NCBI GenBank assembly: GCA_001192655.1
Contig: BBVC01000065.1
Span: 1 to 16,123 of the forward strand
DNA length: 16,123 nucleotides
DNA from: Caedimonas varicaedens
GTDB lineage: Bacteria; Pseudomonadota; Alphaproteobacteria; Caedimonadales; Caedimonadaceae
Reading direction: 5' to 3'
Notes under the pieces: generated by a model
Told to the model about the DNA's origin: nothing
The model's input: the letters and a program-made list of their open reading frames with translations, nothing else
Databases searched by the model: none
Position numbers and translations under genes: made by a program
Part shown: positions 15,438-16,123 of the stretch, in pieces
Numbering within the stretch: the stretch's first letter is position 1
Layout: each line of letters opens with the position of its first letter

Positions 15438-16100
15438 TCAGGATTTTGATGAATTAATTTTCTCTGGAAAGGATTTAAGCGCATAATAGACCGTTGGCAG
15501 GATAAACAAGGTAAAAATCGTTCCAAAAGCAAGTCCCCCCACAAGAACAGCGCCAATAGCGCGACGGCATTCAGCGCCCGAATCATGGGCAAGAACAAGA
15601 GGAATGGCGCCAAAAATCATTGCCGCGGTTGTCATTAAAATAGGCCTCAAACGCAAGGCAGCCGCTTTTTGAACCGCTTCAAACGAAGAAAGCCCTTCTT
15701 TCCCAAGTTGATTGGCAAATTCAACAATGAGAATTCCGTGTTTGCTGATCAAACCAATGAGTGTGATCAACCCGACTTGCGTATAAATGTTCAGAGATTG
15801 TCCCAATATCCAAACAACAAAAAGTGCTCCTGAAATTGCTAACGGAACCGTCAGCATCACAATAAGGGGATCAATAAAATTTTCGAACTGTACTGAGAGA
15901 ATCGCATAAATAAAAATAAGCGCTAAAGAAAAGAGAATAGCCATGGTCAGCGCAGAGTCCTGATAAAGCTTTGCCGCTCCTGTCCACTCTTTTTTATAGG
16001 ATTGAGGCAAGGAATTGTTCGCAATTTCCCAAAGTTTCGGCATTGCAGTCTCAATTTTCTCTCCTGGGTGCAAATCAGTTTTCAGAGTCGTTGAACGCAT
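15438..16100 (-). CDS. C-terminal fragment (about TM8-TM12) of an RND (AcrB/HAE1-type) efflux permease, probably truncated or a pseudogene
   Basis: The 220-aa ORF aligns to the last fifth of AcrB-type pumps (EWTGAAKLYQDS.., SVQFENFIDPLIVMLTVPLAISGALF, QVGLITLIGLISKHGILIVEFANQ, LRLRPILMTTAAMIFGAIPLV). An in-frame TAG (plus-strand cta, 16113-16115) lies 4 codons upstream of the first Met. Only 23 nt remain to the window edge. Confidence 0.8.
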   Translation of the reverse strand: MRSTTLKTDLHPGEKIETAMPKLWEIANNSLPQSYKKEWTGAAKLYQDSALTMAILFSLALIFIYAILSVQFENFIDPLIVMLTVPLAISGALFVVWILGQSLNIYTQVGLITLIGLISKHGILIVEFANQLGKEGLSSFEAVQKAAALRLRPILMTTAAMIFGAIPLVLAHDSGAECRRAIGAVLVGGLAFGTIFTLFILPTVYYALKSFPEKINSSKS

Positions 16101-16123
16101 TTGATTGTATAGCTAACAACATA

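Noticed and set aside
13608-15613. ORFs 13608-13811, 13678-13884, 14483-14704 and 15407-15613
   Set aside because: They are antisense or out of frame within the TldE-like, TldD-like and RND coding regions and have no motifs.
1-16123. I looked for CRISPR arrays, tRNA/rRNA genes, and toxin-antitoxin or defence-island gene pairs
   Set aside because: I saw no regularly spaced direct repeats, no cloverleaf-capable or rRNA-like segments in the spacers, and no small adjacent ORF pairs with TA-like features. This was a visual scan only, so short or degenerate elements could have been missed.

Overview
This is a 16.1-kb chromosomal window from a low-GC bacterium. The PolA N-terminus (HLYLIDGSGFIFRAFHALPP...SDGTPVNAVFGF) looks alphaproteobacterial to me, but that rests on recall and no search was run.

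Layout:
- 1-561: a badly degraded integrase-core (ISNCY/IS1202-like) transposase relic. It has frameshifts, an in-frame stop, loss of the catalytic core, and a perfect 28-bp palindromic junction.
- 576-8205: a tightly packed minus-strand block. It holds polA, a GrpB-GNAT fusion, accC, accB, a RimJ/RimL-like GNAT, and an APH-family kinase. The kinase is bracketed by long imperfect inverted repeats.
- 8206-12523: a more loosely packed plus-strand block with AT-rich spacers. It holds an orphan signal-peptide protein, a single-domain voltage-gated (BacNav-type) cation channel, YqhA/UPF0114, a small cupin, and a Bcr/CflA-like MFS transporter.
- 12561-16123: on the minus strand, a translationally coupled TldD / TldE(PmbA)-like pair, then the C-terminal ~220 codons of an RND efflux permease. 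An in-frame stop precedes this fragment close to the window edge.

I saw no rRNA, tRNA or CRISPR array. I could not recognise a convincing multi-gene novel system such as a defence island.

The most unusual items:
- The channel's native selectivity filter is TGDDWSN. This matches the engineered Ca2+-selective CavAb filter at all three converted positions. Its S4 voltage sensor is also depleted to R-R-H-S.
- The kinase gene looks like a cassette framed by inverted repeats.
- The transposase relic has a fold-back palindrome at its deletion junction.

All family assignments come from motif recognition by eye and need HMM/BLAST confirmation.
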